Source: the human T2T-CHM13v2.0 reference genome, Homo sapiens. Taken from it: a stretch of 64,000 bases of DNA. Under the pieces are notes generated by a model. It saw only the letters and a program-made list of their open reading frames with translations. It made no database searches and had not been told where the DNA came from. Shown here piece after piece: positions 1 to 14,230 of the stretch. The stretch spans positions 42,304,001 through 42,368,000 of the forward strand of contig CP086569.2 of NCBI GenBank assembly GCA_009914755.4, read 5' to 3'. Made by a program: the position numbers and the translations under genes. Position 1 is the stretch's first letter, and every line of letters starts with the position of its first letter.

Positions 1-776
1 GAATAGAATGGACACGAATGCTCAAATTAAATGGACTCGAATGGAATGGAAACGAAAGGAATGTCATCGAATGGAATTGAATCGATTGGAATGAAATCGC
101 ATAGAATGGAGTGGAATCAAATGGAATTGAATCGAAAGGAAAGGAAGCGAATGGACTGAAATGAAATGGAATGGAATTGAATGGAAAGTAATGCAATGGA
201 ATAGAATGGAACGAAATTTCACGGAATGGAATCAAACTGAATGGAATCAAATCAATGGAATCAAATCAAATGGAATGGAAAGGAATTGAATGGAGTAGAT
301 GGGATTGGATGGGATTGGAATGAAATGTACTGGAAAGGACTCGAATTTCATGAAACGGAATGGAATGAATTGGAACGGAATGGACTCGAATGGAATGGAA
401 TGTCATGGAATGGCATCAAATGGAATGGCATCAAATGGAATGGAATCGAATGCAATGGAATGCTATGGAATGGAATGGAATGCATTGGAATGGAATGTCC
501 TCTAATGGAATGGATTCGAGTGGAATGGAATTGAATGTAATGGAGTCGAATGAAATGGAATTGAAAGGAATGGGATCGAATACAATGGAATATACTGGAA
601 TGTAACGTAATGAACTCGAATGTAATTGACTGGAATGGAATGTACATGAATGGAATGTAATCGAATGGAAAGTAATCCAATGGAATAGAATCTAATGCAA
701 TAAAATCGACTCAGATAGAGTAGAATGTAATGGAATGGAGTGCAGTGCAATGGAATGGAATGGAATGGAATGCAAT

Positions 777-826
777 GGAATGGAATGGAATGGAATGGAA
801 TGGAATGGAATGGAATGGAATGGAAT
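777..826. repeat. Hypervariable uninterrupted (GGAAT)10 core of the U1 pentamer tract
   Basis: Ten perfect ggaat copies at 777-826 after 'gcaat', followed by 'gggat'. The homologous tract has 7 copies in U3 (7884-7918), 8 in U13 (43472-43511), and 3 + ggaac + 3 in U5 (15007-15041). Confidence 0.8.
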
Positions 827-1152
827 GGGATGGAATGGTATGGAATGGATAGTAATGGACTGGAATGAAATGGACTGGAAAAGAATGGACTCAAATTGAA
901 AGGGCTCGAAAGGAATGGAGTCAAATGGAATGGTCTGGAATGGAATGAACACGAATGTAATGCAATCCAATAGAATGGAATCGAATGGCATGGAATATAA
1001 AGAAATGGAATCGAAGAGAATGGAAACAAATGGAATGGAATTGAATGGAATGGAATTGAATGGAATGGGAACGAATGGAGTGAAATTGTATGCAGTAGAA
1101 GAGAATAGAATGGAATGCAAGCGAAAGGAAAGGAATGGATTGCAATGGAATG

Positions 1153-1195
1153 GAATTCATTGGAATGGAAGGGAATGTAGTGTAATGGACAGGCC
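1153..1195. other. Once-per-unit EcoRI (GAATTC, 1153-1158) and HaeIII (GGCC, 1192-1195) landmark pair
   Basis: 'ggaattcattgg' and 'caggcctgg' recur once per HOR copy, for example GGCC at 4751, 8284, 43877 and 50980. These sites would give the classical ~3.4-3.56-kb restriction ladder. Confidence 0.7.
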
Positions 1196-3574
1196 TGGAA
1201 TAAAGTGGAATGCTACGGTCTCGAATGGAATAAAAATGTATGGAATGGAATGCAATGAAACGGAATCGAATGTCATAGAATGTAATGGAATGCAAAAAAA
1301 TGGAATCCAAAATCATTGACTGGAAAGGCTGGGTGTCGAAAGGAATTGACTCCAATGGAATGGAATCGAATGGAATGGAAGTGAATAGAATCGAACTAAA
1401 TCGAATGGAATGGAATTGATAGGAACGGAATGGAAAGGAATGCAATGATTTGGCATGGAATGGAATCGAATGGCATCGAATGGAATGGAATGGAATGCAA
1501 TGGAATGGAATGTATTAGAATGTAATGAACATTAATGGAATGTACTCGAATGGATTCGACTGGAATGGAATGTTCTGGAAGTGAATGGACTCCAATGGAA
1601 TGGATTCGAAAGGAATGGAATCGAACGGAATGGAATCTAATGGAATGGAATTAAATGGAAATGAATCAAATTGAATAGCACGGAATTGAATTGAATGGAA
1701 TGGAATGCAATGGAATCTAATGAAACGGAAAGGAAAGGAATGGAATGGAATGGAATGGGCTGGAATGGAAAGGAATCGAAACGAATGGAATGGAATCGAA
1801 CTGAAGAGACTGGAATGGAATGCACTGGAATGGAAGGGAGTGTAATGGAAGGTTCTCGAAAATAATGGAAGCAAATGGAATGGAATTGAATGGAACGGAA
1901 TAGAGTCGAATGGAATTGAATGGAATGGAATGGACTAGAGTGAAATGGAATCGAACCACAAGGAATGGACAGGAATAGAATGGTCTCGAATTGAATGGAA
2001 TCGTATGGAATGGCATCAAACGGAATGGAATGGACAGCCACGGAATGGAATGCACTCGAATGCAATGGAGTCGAAACTTATGGACTGGAATAGAATGGAC
2101 TCGACTGGTACGGACTCCAATGGAATGGAATCGAATGGAAGGGATTCGAACGGAATGGACTCGAAGGGAAAAGACTGCAATGGATAGGTCTCGAATGGAA
2201 TGGAAATTAATGGAATGGAATGGAATCGAATGAAATGGAGTCAAAAGGAATGGAATCGAATGGCAAGAAATCGAATGTAATGGAATCGCAAGGAATTGAT
2301 GTGAACGGAACGGAATGGAATGGAATCCAAAGGAATGGAATAGAATGGAATGGAATCGAATGGAAAGGACTCGAATGGAAATCACTCGAATAGAATGAAA
2401 TTTAATAAAATAGGATCAAATGTAATTGAATGGAATGGAAAGGAATCGAAACGAAAGGAATGGAGACAGATGGAATGGAATGGAACAGAGAGCAATGGTA
2501 TAGAATGGAATGGAATCATCTGGAATGGAATTGAATGGAATGGAATAATATGAAATGGAATGGAATGGAATGGAATGGAATGCCCTTGAATTAAATGGAC
2601 TGGAATGGAATGGACTCGAACAGAGTGGAATGGAAAGTGTTGAGATAGAATGGAATGGACTCCTTTGGAATGGTCTAGTATGCAATGCAATCGACTGGCA
2701 GGGAATCAAAAGGAATGTAATCGAATGGATTAGACTGGAATGCAATGGACTCGAATAGATTGGAAACGGAATGCAAAGGAATGGAATGGAATAGTATGGA
2801 ATGGAATGGAAAGGAATGGAGTGGAATAGACTAGAGTGGAATGGAATGGACTGGAAAGCAATGGACTGGAATGGAACTTTCTTGAATGGACTGGAATCAA
2901 ACGGAATGGAATGCAATGCAATCAAATGGCATGGAATAAAATAGAATGAAAGAGAATCAAATGGAATTGAATCGAATGGAATCGAATGGATTGGAAAGGA
3001 ATAGAATGGAATGGAATGGAATGGACTCAAATGGAATGGACTAGAATGGAATGGATTCGAATGGAAGGCAAAGGAATGGAATCTATTGGAATGGACTGTA
3101 ATGGAATGGAATGGAAGGGATTGGAATGGACTCGAATGGAATGGACTGCAATAGAAAGGATTCGAATGGAATGAAAAAGAATTGAATGGAATAGAACAGA
3201 ATGGAATCAAATCGAATGAAATGGAATGGAATAGAAAGGAATGGAATGAAATGGAATGGAAAGGATTCGAATGGAATGCAATCGAATGGAATGGAATCGA
3301 ACGGAATGGAATAAAATGGAAGAAAACTGGCAAGAAATGGAATCGAAATGAATGGAGTGTTATGGAACGGACTCAAAAGGAATTGAATGTAATAGAATGG
3401 AGTGGAGTGGACTCGAATATAATGGACTGGAATGGAATGAAATCACATGGAATGGGAACGAATGGAATGGAATGGAAAGGAATGGAATCGAATGGAAAGG
3501 AATCGAATGGAAGGGAATGAAATTGAATCAACAGGAATGGAAGGGAATAGAATAGACGGTAATGGAATGGACTC

Positions 3575-6500
3575 GAATAGAATGGACACGAATGCTCAAA
3601 TTGAATGGACTCGAATGGAATGGAAACGAAAGGAATGTCATCGAATGGAATTGAATCGATTGGAATGAAATCGCATAGAATGGAGTGGAATCAAATGGAA
3701 TTGAATCGAAAGGAAAGGAAGCGAATGGACTGAAATGAAATGGAATGGAATTGAATGGAAAGTAATGCAATGGAATAGAATGGAACGAAATTTCACGGAA
3801 TGGAATCAAACTGAATGGAATCAAATCAATGGAATCAAATCAAATGGAATGGAAAGGAATTGAATGGAGTAGATTGGATTGGATGGGATTGGAATGAAAT
3901 GTACTGGAAAGGACTCGAATTTCATGAAACGGAATGGAATGAATTGGAACGGAATGGACTCGAATGGAATGGAATGTCATGGAATGGCATCAAATGGAAT
4001 GGCATCAAATGGAATGGAATCGAATGCAATGGAATGCTATGGAATGGAATGGAATGCATTGGAATGGAATGTCCTCTAATGGAATGGATTCGAGTGGAAT
4101 GGAATCGAATATAATGGAGTCGAATGAAATGGAATTGAAAGGAATGGGATCGAATACAATGGAATATACTGGAATGTAATGTAATGAACTCGAATGTAAT
4201 TGACTGGAATGGAATGTAATCGAATGGAAAGTAATCCAATGGAATAGAATCTAATGCAATAAAATCGACTCAGATAGAGTAGAATGTAATGGAATGGAGT
4301 GCAGTGCAATGGAATGGAATGGAATGGAATGCAATGGAATGGAATGGAATGGAATGGAATGGAATGGAATGGAATGGAATGGAATGGGATGGAATGGTAT
4401 GGAATGGATAGTAATGGACTGGAATGAAATGGACTGGAAAAGAATGGACTCAAATTGAAAGGGCTCGAAAGGAATGGAGTCAAATGGAATTGTCTGGAAT
4501 GGAATGAACACGAATGTAATGCAATCCAATAGAATGGAATCGAATGGCATGGAATATAAAGAAATGGAATCGAAGAGAATGGAAACAAATGGAATGGAAT
4601 TGAATGGCATGGAATTGAATGGAATGGGAACGAATGGAGTGAAATTGTATGCAGTAGAAGAGAATAGAATGGAATGCAAGCGAAAGGAAAGGAATGGATT
4701 GCAATGGAATGGAATTCATTGGAATGGAAGGGAATGTAGTGTAATGGACAGGCCTGGAATAAAGTGGAATGCTACGGTCTCGAATGGAATAAAAATGTAT
4801 GGAATGGAATGCAATGAAACGGAATCGAATGTCATAGAATGTAATGGAATGCAAAAAAATGGAATCCAAAATCATTGACTGGAAAGGCTGGGTGTCGAAA
4901 GGAATTGACTGCAATGGAATGGAATCGAATGGAATGGAAGTGAATAGAATCGAACTAAATCGAATGGAATGGAATTGATAGGAACGGAATGGAAAGGAAT
5001 GCAATGATTTGGCATGGAATGGAATCGAATGGCATCAAATGGAATGGAATGGAATGCAATGGAATGGAATGTATTAGAATGTAATGAACATTAATGGAAT
5101 GTACTCGAATGGATTCGACTGGAATGGAATGTTCTGGAAGTGAATGGACTCCAATGGAATGGATTCGAAAGGAATGGAATCGAACGGAATGGAATCTAAT
5201 GGAATGGAATTAAATGGAAATGAATCAAATTGAATAGCACGGAATTGAATTGAATGGAATCGAATGCAATGGAATCTAATGAAACGGAAAGGAAAGAATG
5301 GAATGGAATGGAATGGGCTGGAATGGAAAGGAATCGAAACGAATGGAATGGAATCGAACTGAAGAGACTGGAATGGAATGCACTGGAATGGAAGGGAGTG
5401 TAATGGAAGGTTCTCGAAAAAAATGGAATCGAATGGAATGGAATTGAATGGAACGGAATAGAGTCGCATGGAATTGAATGGAGTGGAATGGACTAGAGTG
5501 AAATGGAATCGAACGAAAAGGAATGGACAGGAATGGAATGGTCTCGAATTGAATGGAATCGTATGGAATGGCATCAAACGGAATGGAATGGACAGCCACG
5601 GAATGGAATGCACTCGAATGCAATGGAGTCGAAACTAATGGACTGGAATAGAATGGACTCGACCGGTATGGACTCCAATGGAATGGAATCGAATGGAAGG
5701 GAATCGAACGGAATGGACTCGAAGGGAAAAGACTGCAATGGAAAGGTCTCGAATGGAATGGAAATTAATGGAATGGAATGGAATCGAATGAAATGGAGTC
5801 AAAAGGAATGGAATCGAATGGCAAGAAATCGAATGTAATGGAATCGCAAGGAATTGATGTGAACGGAACGGAATGGAATGGAATCCAAAGGAATGGAATA
5901 GAATGGAATGGAATCGAATGGAAAGGACTCGAATGGAAATCACTCGAATAGAATGCAATTTAATAAAATAGGATCAAATGTAATGGAATGGAATGGAAAG
6001 GAATCGAAACGGAAGGAATGGAGACAGATGGAATGGAATGGAACAGAGAGCAATGGTATAGAATGGAATGGAATCATCTGGAATGGAATTGAATGGAATG
6101 GAATAATATGAAATGGAATGGAATGGAATGGAATGGAATGGAATGGAATGCCCTTGAATTAAATGGACTGGACTCGAACAGAGTGGAATGGAAAGTGTTG
6201 AGATAGAATGGAATGGACTCCTTTGGAATGGTGTACTATGCAATGCAATCGACTGGCAGGGAATCAAAAGGAATGTAATCGAATGGATTGGACTGGAATG
6301 CAATGGACTCGAATAGATTGGAAACGGAATGCAAAGGAATGGAATGGAATAGTATGGAATGCAATGGAAGGGAATGGAGTGGAATAGACTAGAGTGGAAT
6401 GGAATGGACTGGAAAGCAATGGACTGGAATGGAACTTTCTTGGATGGACTGGAATCAAACGGAATGGAATGCAATGCAATCAAATGGCATGGAATAAAAT

Positions 6501-7132
6501 AGAATGAAAGAGAATCAAATGGAATTGAATCGAATGGAATCGAATGGATTGGAAAGGAATAGAATGGAATGGAATGGAATTGACTCAAATGGAATGGACT
6601 AGAATGGAATGGATTCGAATGGAAGGCAAAGGAATGGAATCTATTGGAATGGACTGTAATGGAATGGAATGGAAGGGATTGGAATGGACTCGAATGGAAT
6701 GGACTGCAATAGAAAGGATTCGAATGGAATGAAAAAGAATTGAATGGAATAGAACAGAATGGAATCAAATCGAATGAAATGGAATGGAATAGAAAGGAAT
6801 GGAATGAAATGGAATGGAAAGGATTCGAATGGAATGCAATCGAATGGAATGGAATCGAACGGAATGGAATAAAATGGAAGAAAACTGGCAAGAAATGGAA
6901 TCGAAATGAATGGAGTGTTATGGAATGGACTCAAAAGGAATTGAATGTAATAGAATGGAGTGGAGTGGACTCGAATATAATGGACTGGAATGGAATGAAA
7001 TCACATGGAATGGGAACGAATGGAATGGAATGGAAAGGAATGGAATCGAATGGAAAGGAATCGAATGGAAGGGAATGAAATTGAATCAACAGGAATGGGA
7101 GGGAATAGAATAGACTGTAATGGAATGGACTC
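3575..7132. repeat. HOR copy U2 (3558 bp), mosaic: alpha-like head, beta at the offset ~1880 diagnostic
   Basis: Anchor at 3575. 'ctcgaaaaaaatggaatcgaatgg' at ~5411. Carries a 15-bp deletion (one 'MYIPF' block) at ~4200 relative to U5. Confidence 0.75.
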
Positions 7133-10100
7133 GAATAGAATGGACACGAATGCTCAAATTAAATTGACTCGAATGGAATGGAAACGAAAGGAATGTCATC
7201 GAATGGAATTGAATCGATTGGAATGAAATTGCATAGAATGGAGTGGAATCAAATGGAATTGAATCGAAAGGAAAGGAAGCGAATGGACTGAAATGAAATG
7301 GAATGGAATTGAATGGAAAGTAATGCAATGGAATAGAATGGAACGAAATTTCACGGAATGGAATCAAACTGAATGGAATCAAATCAATGGAATCAAATCA
7401 AATGGAATTGAAAGGAATTGAATGGAGTAGATGGGATTGGATGGGATTGGAATGAAATGTACTGGAAAGGACTCGAATTTCATGAAACGGAATGGAATGA
7501 ATTGGAAAGGAATGGACTCGAATGGAATGGAATGTCATGGAATGGCATCAAATGGAATGGCATCAAATGGAATGGAATCGAATGCAATGGAATGCTGTGG
7601 AATGGAATGGAATGCATTGGAATGGAATGTCCTCTAATGGAATGGATTCGAGTGGAATGGAATTGAATATAATGGAGTCGAATGAAATGGAATTGAAAGG
7701 AATGGGATCGAATACAATGGAATATACTGGAATGTAACGTAATGAACTCGAATGTAATTGACTGGAATGGAATGTACATGAATGGAATGTAATCGAATGG
7801 AAAGTAGTCCAATGGAATAGAATCTAATGCAATAAAATCGACTCAGATAGAGTAGAATGTAATGGAATGGAGTGCAGTGCAATGGAATGGAATGGAATGG
7901 AATGGAATGGAATGGAATGGGATGGAATGGTATGGAATGGATAGTAATGGACTGGAGTGAAATGGACTGGAAAGGAATGGACTCAAATTGAAAGGTCTCG
8001 AAAGGAATGGAGTCAAATGGAATGGTCTGGAATGGAATGAACACGAATGTAATGCAATCCAATAGAATGGAATCGAATGGCATGGAATATAAAGAAATGG
8101 AATCGAAGAGAATGGAAACAAATGGAATGAAATTGAATGGAATGGAATTGAATGGAATGTGAACGAATGGAGTGAAATTGTATGCAGTAGAAGAGAATAG
8201 AATGGAATGCAAGCGAAAGGAAAGGAATGGATTGGAATGGAATGGAATTCATTGGAATGGAAGGGAATGTAGTGTAATGGACAGGCCTGGAATAAAGTGG
8301 AATGCTACGGTCTCGAATGGAATAAAAATGTATGGAATGGAATGCAATGAAACGGAATCGAATGTCATAGAATGTAATGGAATGCAAAAAAATGGAATCC
8401 AAAATCATTGAATGGAAAGGCTGGGTGTCGAAAGGAATTGACTCCAATGGAATGGAATCGAATGGAATGGAAGTGAATAGAATCGAACTAAATCGAATGG
8501 AATGGAATTGATAGGAACGGAATGGAAAGGATTGCAATGATTTGGCATGGAATGGAATCGAATGGCATCGAATGGAATGGAATGGAATGCAATGGAATGG
8601 AATGTATTAGAATGTAATGAACTTTAATGGAATGTACTCGAATGGATTCGACTGGAATGGAATGTTCTGGAAGTGAATGGACTCCAATGGAATGGATTCA
8701 AAAGGAATGGAATCGTACGGAATGGAATCTAATGGAATGGAATTAAATGGAAATGAATCAAATTGAATAGCACGGAATTGAATTGAATGGAATGGAATGC
8801 AATGGAATCTAATGAAACGGAAAGGAAAGGAATGGAATGGAATGGAATGGGCTGGAATGGAAAGGAATCGAAACGAATGGAATGGAATCGAAGTGAAGAG
8901 ACTGGAATGGTATGCACTGGAATGGAAGGGAGTGTAATGGAAGGTTCTCGAAAAAAATGGAATCGAATGGAATGCAATTGAATGGAACGGAATAGAGTCG
9001 AATGGAATTGAATGGAATGGAATGGACTAGAGTGAAATGGAATCGAACCACAAGGAATGGACAGGAATAGAATGGTCTCGAATTGAATGGAATCGTATGG
9101 AATGGCATCAAACGGAATGGAATGGACAGCCACGGAATGGAATGCACTCGAATGCAATGGAGTCGAAACTAATGGACTGGAATAGAATGGACTCGACTGG
9201 TACGGACTCCAATGGAATGGAATCGAATGGAAGGGAATCGAACGTAATGGACTCGAAGGGAAAAGACTGCAATGGAAAGGTCTCGAATGGAATGGAAATT
9301 AATGGAATGGAATGGAATCGAATGAAATGGAGTCAAAAGGAATGGAATCGAATGGCAAGAAATCGAATGTAATGGAATCGCAAGGAATTGATGTGAACGG
9401 AACGGAATGGAATGGAATCCAAAGGAATGGAATAGAATGGAATGGAAACGAATGGAAAGGACTCCAATGGAAATCACTCGAATAGAATGCAATTTAATAA
9501 AATAGGATCAAATGTAATAGAATGGAATGGAAAGGAATCGAAACGGAAGGAATGGAGACAGATGGAATGGAATGGAACAGAGAGCAATGGTATAGAATGG
9601 AATGGAATCATCTGGAATGGAATTGAATGGAATGGAATGATATGAAATGGAATGGAATGGAATGGAATGGAATGCCCTTGAATTAAATGGACTGGACTCG
9701 AACAGAGTGGAATGGAAAGTGTTGAGATAGAATGGAATGGACTCCTTTGGAATGGTGTAGTATGCAATGCAATCGACTGGCAGGGAATCAAAAGGAATGT
9801 AATCGAATGGATTGGACTGGAATGCAATGGACTCGAATAGATTGGAAACGGAATGCAAAGGAATGGAATGGAATAGTATGGAATGCAATGGAAGGGAATG
9901 GAGTGGAATAGACTAGAGTGGAATGGAATGGACTGGAAAGCAATGGAGTGGAATGGAACTTTCTTGGATGGACTGGAATCAAACGGAATGGAATGCAATG
10001 CAATCAAATGGCATGGAATAAAATAGAATGAAAGAGAATCAAATGGAATTGAATCGAATGGAATCGAATGGATTGGAAAGGAATAGAATGGAATGGAATG

Positions 10101-10656
10101 GAATTGACTCAAATGGAATGGACTAGAATGGAATGGATTCGAATGGAAGGCAAAGGAATGGAATCTATTGGAATGGACTGTAATGGAATGGAATGGAAGG
10201 GATTGGAATGGACTCGAATGGAATGGACTGCAATAGAAAGGATTCGAATGGAATGAAAAAGAATTGAATGGAATAGAACAGAATGGAATCAAATCGAATG
10301 GAATGGAATGGAATAGAAAGGAATGGAATGAAATGGAATGGAAAGGATTCGAATGGAATGCAATCGAATGGAATGGAATCGAACGGAATGGAATAAAATG
10401 GAAGAAAACTGGCAAGAAATGGAATCGAAATGAATGGAGTGTTATGGAACGGACTCAAAAGGAATTGAATGTAATAGAATGGAGTGGAGTGGACTCGAAT
10501 ATAATGGACTGGAATGGAATGAAATCACATGGAATGGGAACGAATGGAATGGAATGGAAAGGAATGGAATCGAATGGAAAGGAATCGAATGGAAGGGAAT
10601 GAAATTGAATCAACAGGAATGGAAGGGAATAGAATAGACTGTAATGGAATGGACTC
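7133..10656. repeat. HOR copy U3 (3524 bp), beta haplotype, short pentamer tract
   Basis: Anchor at 7133. The pure GGAAT tract at 7884-7918 has only 7 copies, against 14 pentamers in U1. That accounts for the 35-bp shortfall. Confidence 0.8.
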
Positions 10657-13600
10657 GAATAGAATGGACACGAATGCTCAAATTAAATGGACTCGAATGG
10701 AATGGAAACGAAAGGAATGTCATCGAATGGAATTGAATCGATTGGAATGAAATCGCATAGAATGGAGTGGAATCAAATGGAATTGAATCGAAAGGAAAGG
10801 AAGCGAATGGACTGAAATGAAATGGAATGGAATTGAATGGAAAGTAATGCAATGGAATAGAATGGAACGAAATTTCACGGAATGGAATCAAACTGAATGG
10901 AATCAAATCAATGGAATCAAATCAAATGGAATGGAAAGGAATTGAATGGAGTAGATGGGATTGGATGGGATTGGAATGAAATGTACTGGAAAGGACTCGA
11001 ATTTCATGAAACGGAATGGAATGAATTGGAACGGAATGGACTCGAATGGAATGGAATGTCATGGAATGGCATCAAATGGAATGGCATCAAATGGAATGGA
11101 ATCGAATGCAATGGAATGCTATGGAATGGAATGGAATGCATTGGAATGGAATGTCCTCTAATGGAATGGATTCGAGTGGAATGGAATTGAATGTAATGGA
11201 GTCGAATGAAATGGAATTGAAAGGAATGGGATCGAATACAATGGAATATACTGGAATGTAACGTAATGAACTCGAATGTAATTGACTGGAATGGAATGTA
11301 CATGAATGGAATGTAATCGAATGGAAAGTAATCCAATGGAATAGAATCTAATGCAATAAAATCGACTCAGATAGAGTAGAATGTAATGGAATGGAGTGCA
11401 GTGCAATGGAATGGAATGGAATGGAATGCAATGGAATGGAATGGAATGGAATGGAATGGAATGGAATGGAATGGAATGGAATGGGATGGAATGGTATGGA
11501 ATGGATAGTAATGGACTGGAATGAAATGGACTGGAAAAGAATGGACTCAAATTGAAAGGGCTCGAAAGGAATGGAGTCAAATGGAATGGTCTGGAATGGA
11601 ATGAACACGAATGTAATGCAATCCAATAGAATGGAATCGAATGGCATGGAATATAAAGAAATGGAATCGAAGAGAATGGAAACAAATGGAATGGAATTGA
11701 ATGGAATGGAATTGAATGGAATGGGAACGAATGGAGTGAAATTGTATGCAGTAGAAGAGAATAGAATGGAATGCAAGCGAAAGGAAAGGAATGGATTGCA
11801 ATGGAATGGAATTCATTGGAATGGAAGGGAATGTAGTGTAATGGACAGGCCTGGAATAAAGTGGAATGCTACGGTCTCGAATGGAATAAAAATGTATGGA
11901 ATGGAATGCAATGAAACGGAATCGAATGTCATAGAATGTAATGGAATGCAAAAAAATGGAATCCAAAATCATTGACTGGAAAGGCTGGGTGTCGAAAGGA
12001 ATTGACTCCAATGGAATGGAATCGAATGGAATGGAAGTGAATAGAATCGAACTAAATCGAATGGAATGGAATTGATAGGAACGGAATGGAAAGGAATGCA
12101 ATGATTTGGCATGGAATGGAATCGAATGGCATCGAATGGAATGGAATGGAATGCAATGGAATGGAATGTATTAGAATGTAATGAACATTAATGGAATGTA
12201 CTCGAATGGATTCGACTGGAATGGAATGTTCTGGAAGTGAATGGACTCCAATGGAATGGATTCGAAAGGAATGGAATCGAACGGAATGGAATCTAATGGA
12301 ATGGAATTAAATGGAAATGATTCAAATTGAATAGCACGGAATTGAATTGAATGGAATGGAATGCAATGGAATCTAATGAAACGGAAAGGAAAGGAATGGA
12401 ATGGAATGGAATGGGCTGGAATGGAAAGGAATCGAAACGAATGGAATGGAATCGAACTGAAGAGACTGGAATGGAATGCACTGGAATGGAAGGGAGTGTA
12501 ATGGAAGGTTCTCGAAAATAATGGAAGCAAATGGAATGGAATTGAATGGAACGGAATAGAGTCGAATGGAATTGAATGGAATGGAATGGACTAGAGTGAA
12601 ATGGAATCGAACCACAAGGAATGGACAGGAATAGAATGGTCTCGAATTGAATGGAATCGTATGGAATGGCATCAAACGGAATGGAATGGACAGCCACGGA
12701 ATGGAATGCACTCGAATGCAATGGAGTCGAAACTTATGGACTGGAATAGAATGGACTCGACTGGTACGGACTCCAATGGAATGGAATCGAATGGAAGGGA
12801 TTCGAACGGAATGGACTCGAAGGGAAAAGACTGCAATGGATAGGTCTCGAATGGAATGGAAATTAATGGAATGGAATGGAATCGAATGAAATGGAGTCAA
12901 AAGGAATGGAATCGAATGGCAAGAAATCGAATGTAATGGAATCGCAAGGAATTGATGTGAACGGAACGGAATGGAATGGAATCCAAAGGAATGGAATAGA
13001 ATGGAATGGAATCGAATGGAAAGGACTCGAATGGAAATCACTCGAATAGAATGAAATTTAATAAAATAGGATCAAATGTAATTGAATGGAATGGAAAGGA
13101 ATCGAAACGAAAGGAATGGAGACAGATGGAATGGAATGGAACAGAGAGCAATGGTATAGAATGGAATGGAATCATCTGGAATGGAATTGAATGGAATGGA
13201 ATAATATGAAATGGAATGGAATGGAATGGAATGGAATGCCCTTGAATTAAATGGACTGGAATGGAATGGACTCGAACAGAGTGGAATGGAAAGTGTTGAG
13301 ATAGAATGGAATGGACTCCTTTGGAATGGTCTAGTATGCAATGCAATCGACTGGCAGGGAATCAAAAGGAATGTAATCGAATGGATTAGACTGGAATGCA
13401 ATGGACTCGAATAGATTGGAAACGGAATGCAAAGGAATGGAATGGAATAGTATGGAATGGAATGGAAAGGAATGGAGTGGAATAGACTAGAGTGGAATGG
13501 AATGGACTGGAAAGCAATGGACTGGAATGGAACTTTCTTGAATGGACTGGAATCAAACGGAATGGAATGCAATGCAATCAAATGGCATGGAATAAAATAG

Positions 13601-14230
13601 AATGAAAGAGAATCAAATGGAATTGAATCGAATGGAATCGAATGGATTGGAAAGGAATAGAATGGAATGGAATGGAATGGACTCAAATGGAATGGACTAG
13701 AATGGAATGGATTCGAATGGAAGGCAAAGGAATGGAATCTATTGGAATGGACTGTAATGGAATGGAATGGAAGGGATTGGAATGGACTCGAATGGAATGG
13801 ACTGCAATAGAAAGGATTCGAATGGAATGAAAAAGAATTGAATGGAATAGAACAGAATGGAATCAAATCGAATGAAATGGAATGGAATAGAAAGGAATGG
13901 AATGAAATGGAATGGAAAGGATTCGAATGGAATGCAATCGAATGGAATGGAATCGAACGGAATGGAATAAAATGGAAGAAAACTGGCAAGAAATGGAATC
14001 GAAATGAATGGAGTGTTATGGAACGGACTCAAAAGGAATTGAATGTAATAGAATGGAGTGGAGTGGACTCGAATATAATGGACTGGAATGGAATGAAATC
14101 ACATGGAATGGGAACGAATGGAATGGAATGGAAAGGAATGGAATCGAATGGAAAGGAATCGAATGGAAGGGAATGAAATTGAATCAACAGGAATGGAAGG
14201 GAATAGAATAGACGGTAATGGAATGGACTC
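10657..14230. repeat. HOR copy U4 (3574 bp), alpha; near-identical to U1
   Basis: Anchor at 10657. All ORF-track translations match U1 at offset 10656, with 2 amino-acid differences in total. Confidence 0.8.

Larger units (their letters stand above)
1..3574. repeat. HOR copy U1 (3574 bp), alpha haplotype
   Basis: Anchor motif at 1 and the next at 3575. Alpha diagnostic 'ctcgaaaataatggaagcaaatgg' at ~1861. Confidence 0.8.
1..4250. repeat. Segmental duplicate A1 (partner 10657-14900, offset 10656 bp = 3 HOR units)
   Basis: Every ORF-track translation in 241-4239 has an identical counterpart in 10897-14910. There are 2 aa substitutions and one 15-bp indel near 4200. Confidence 0.65.

Noticed and set aside
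1318-1355. Non-pentameric block 'gactggaaaggctgggtgtcgaaaggaattgactcc' and similar C-containing stretches (~3319-3340, ~1190-1223) as possible foreign insertions or TE fragments
   Set aside because: The same blocks recur at the same offset in every HOR copy. They can be derived from GGAAT monomers by a few substitutions. They are ancestral parts of the unit, not insertions.
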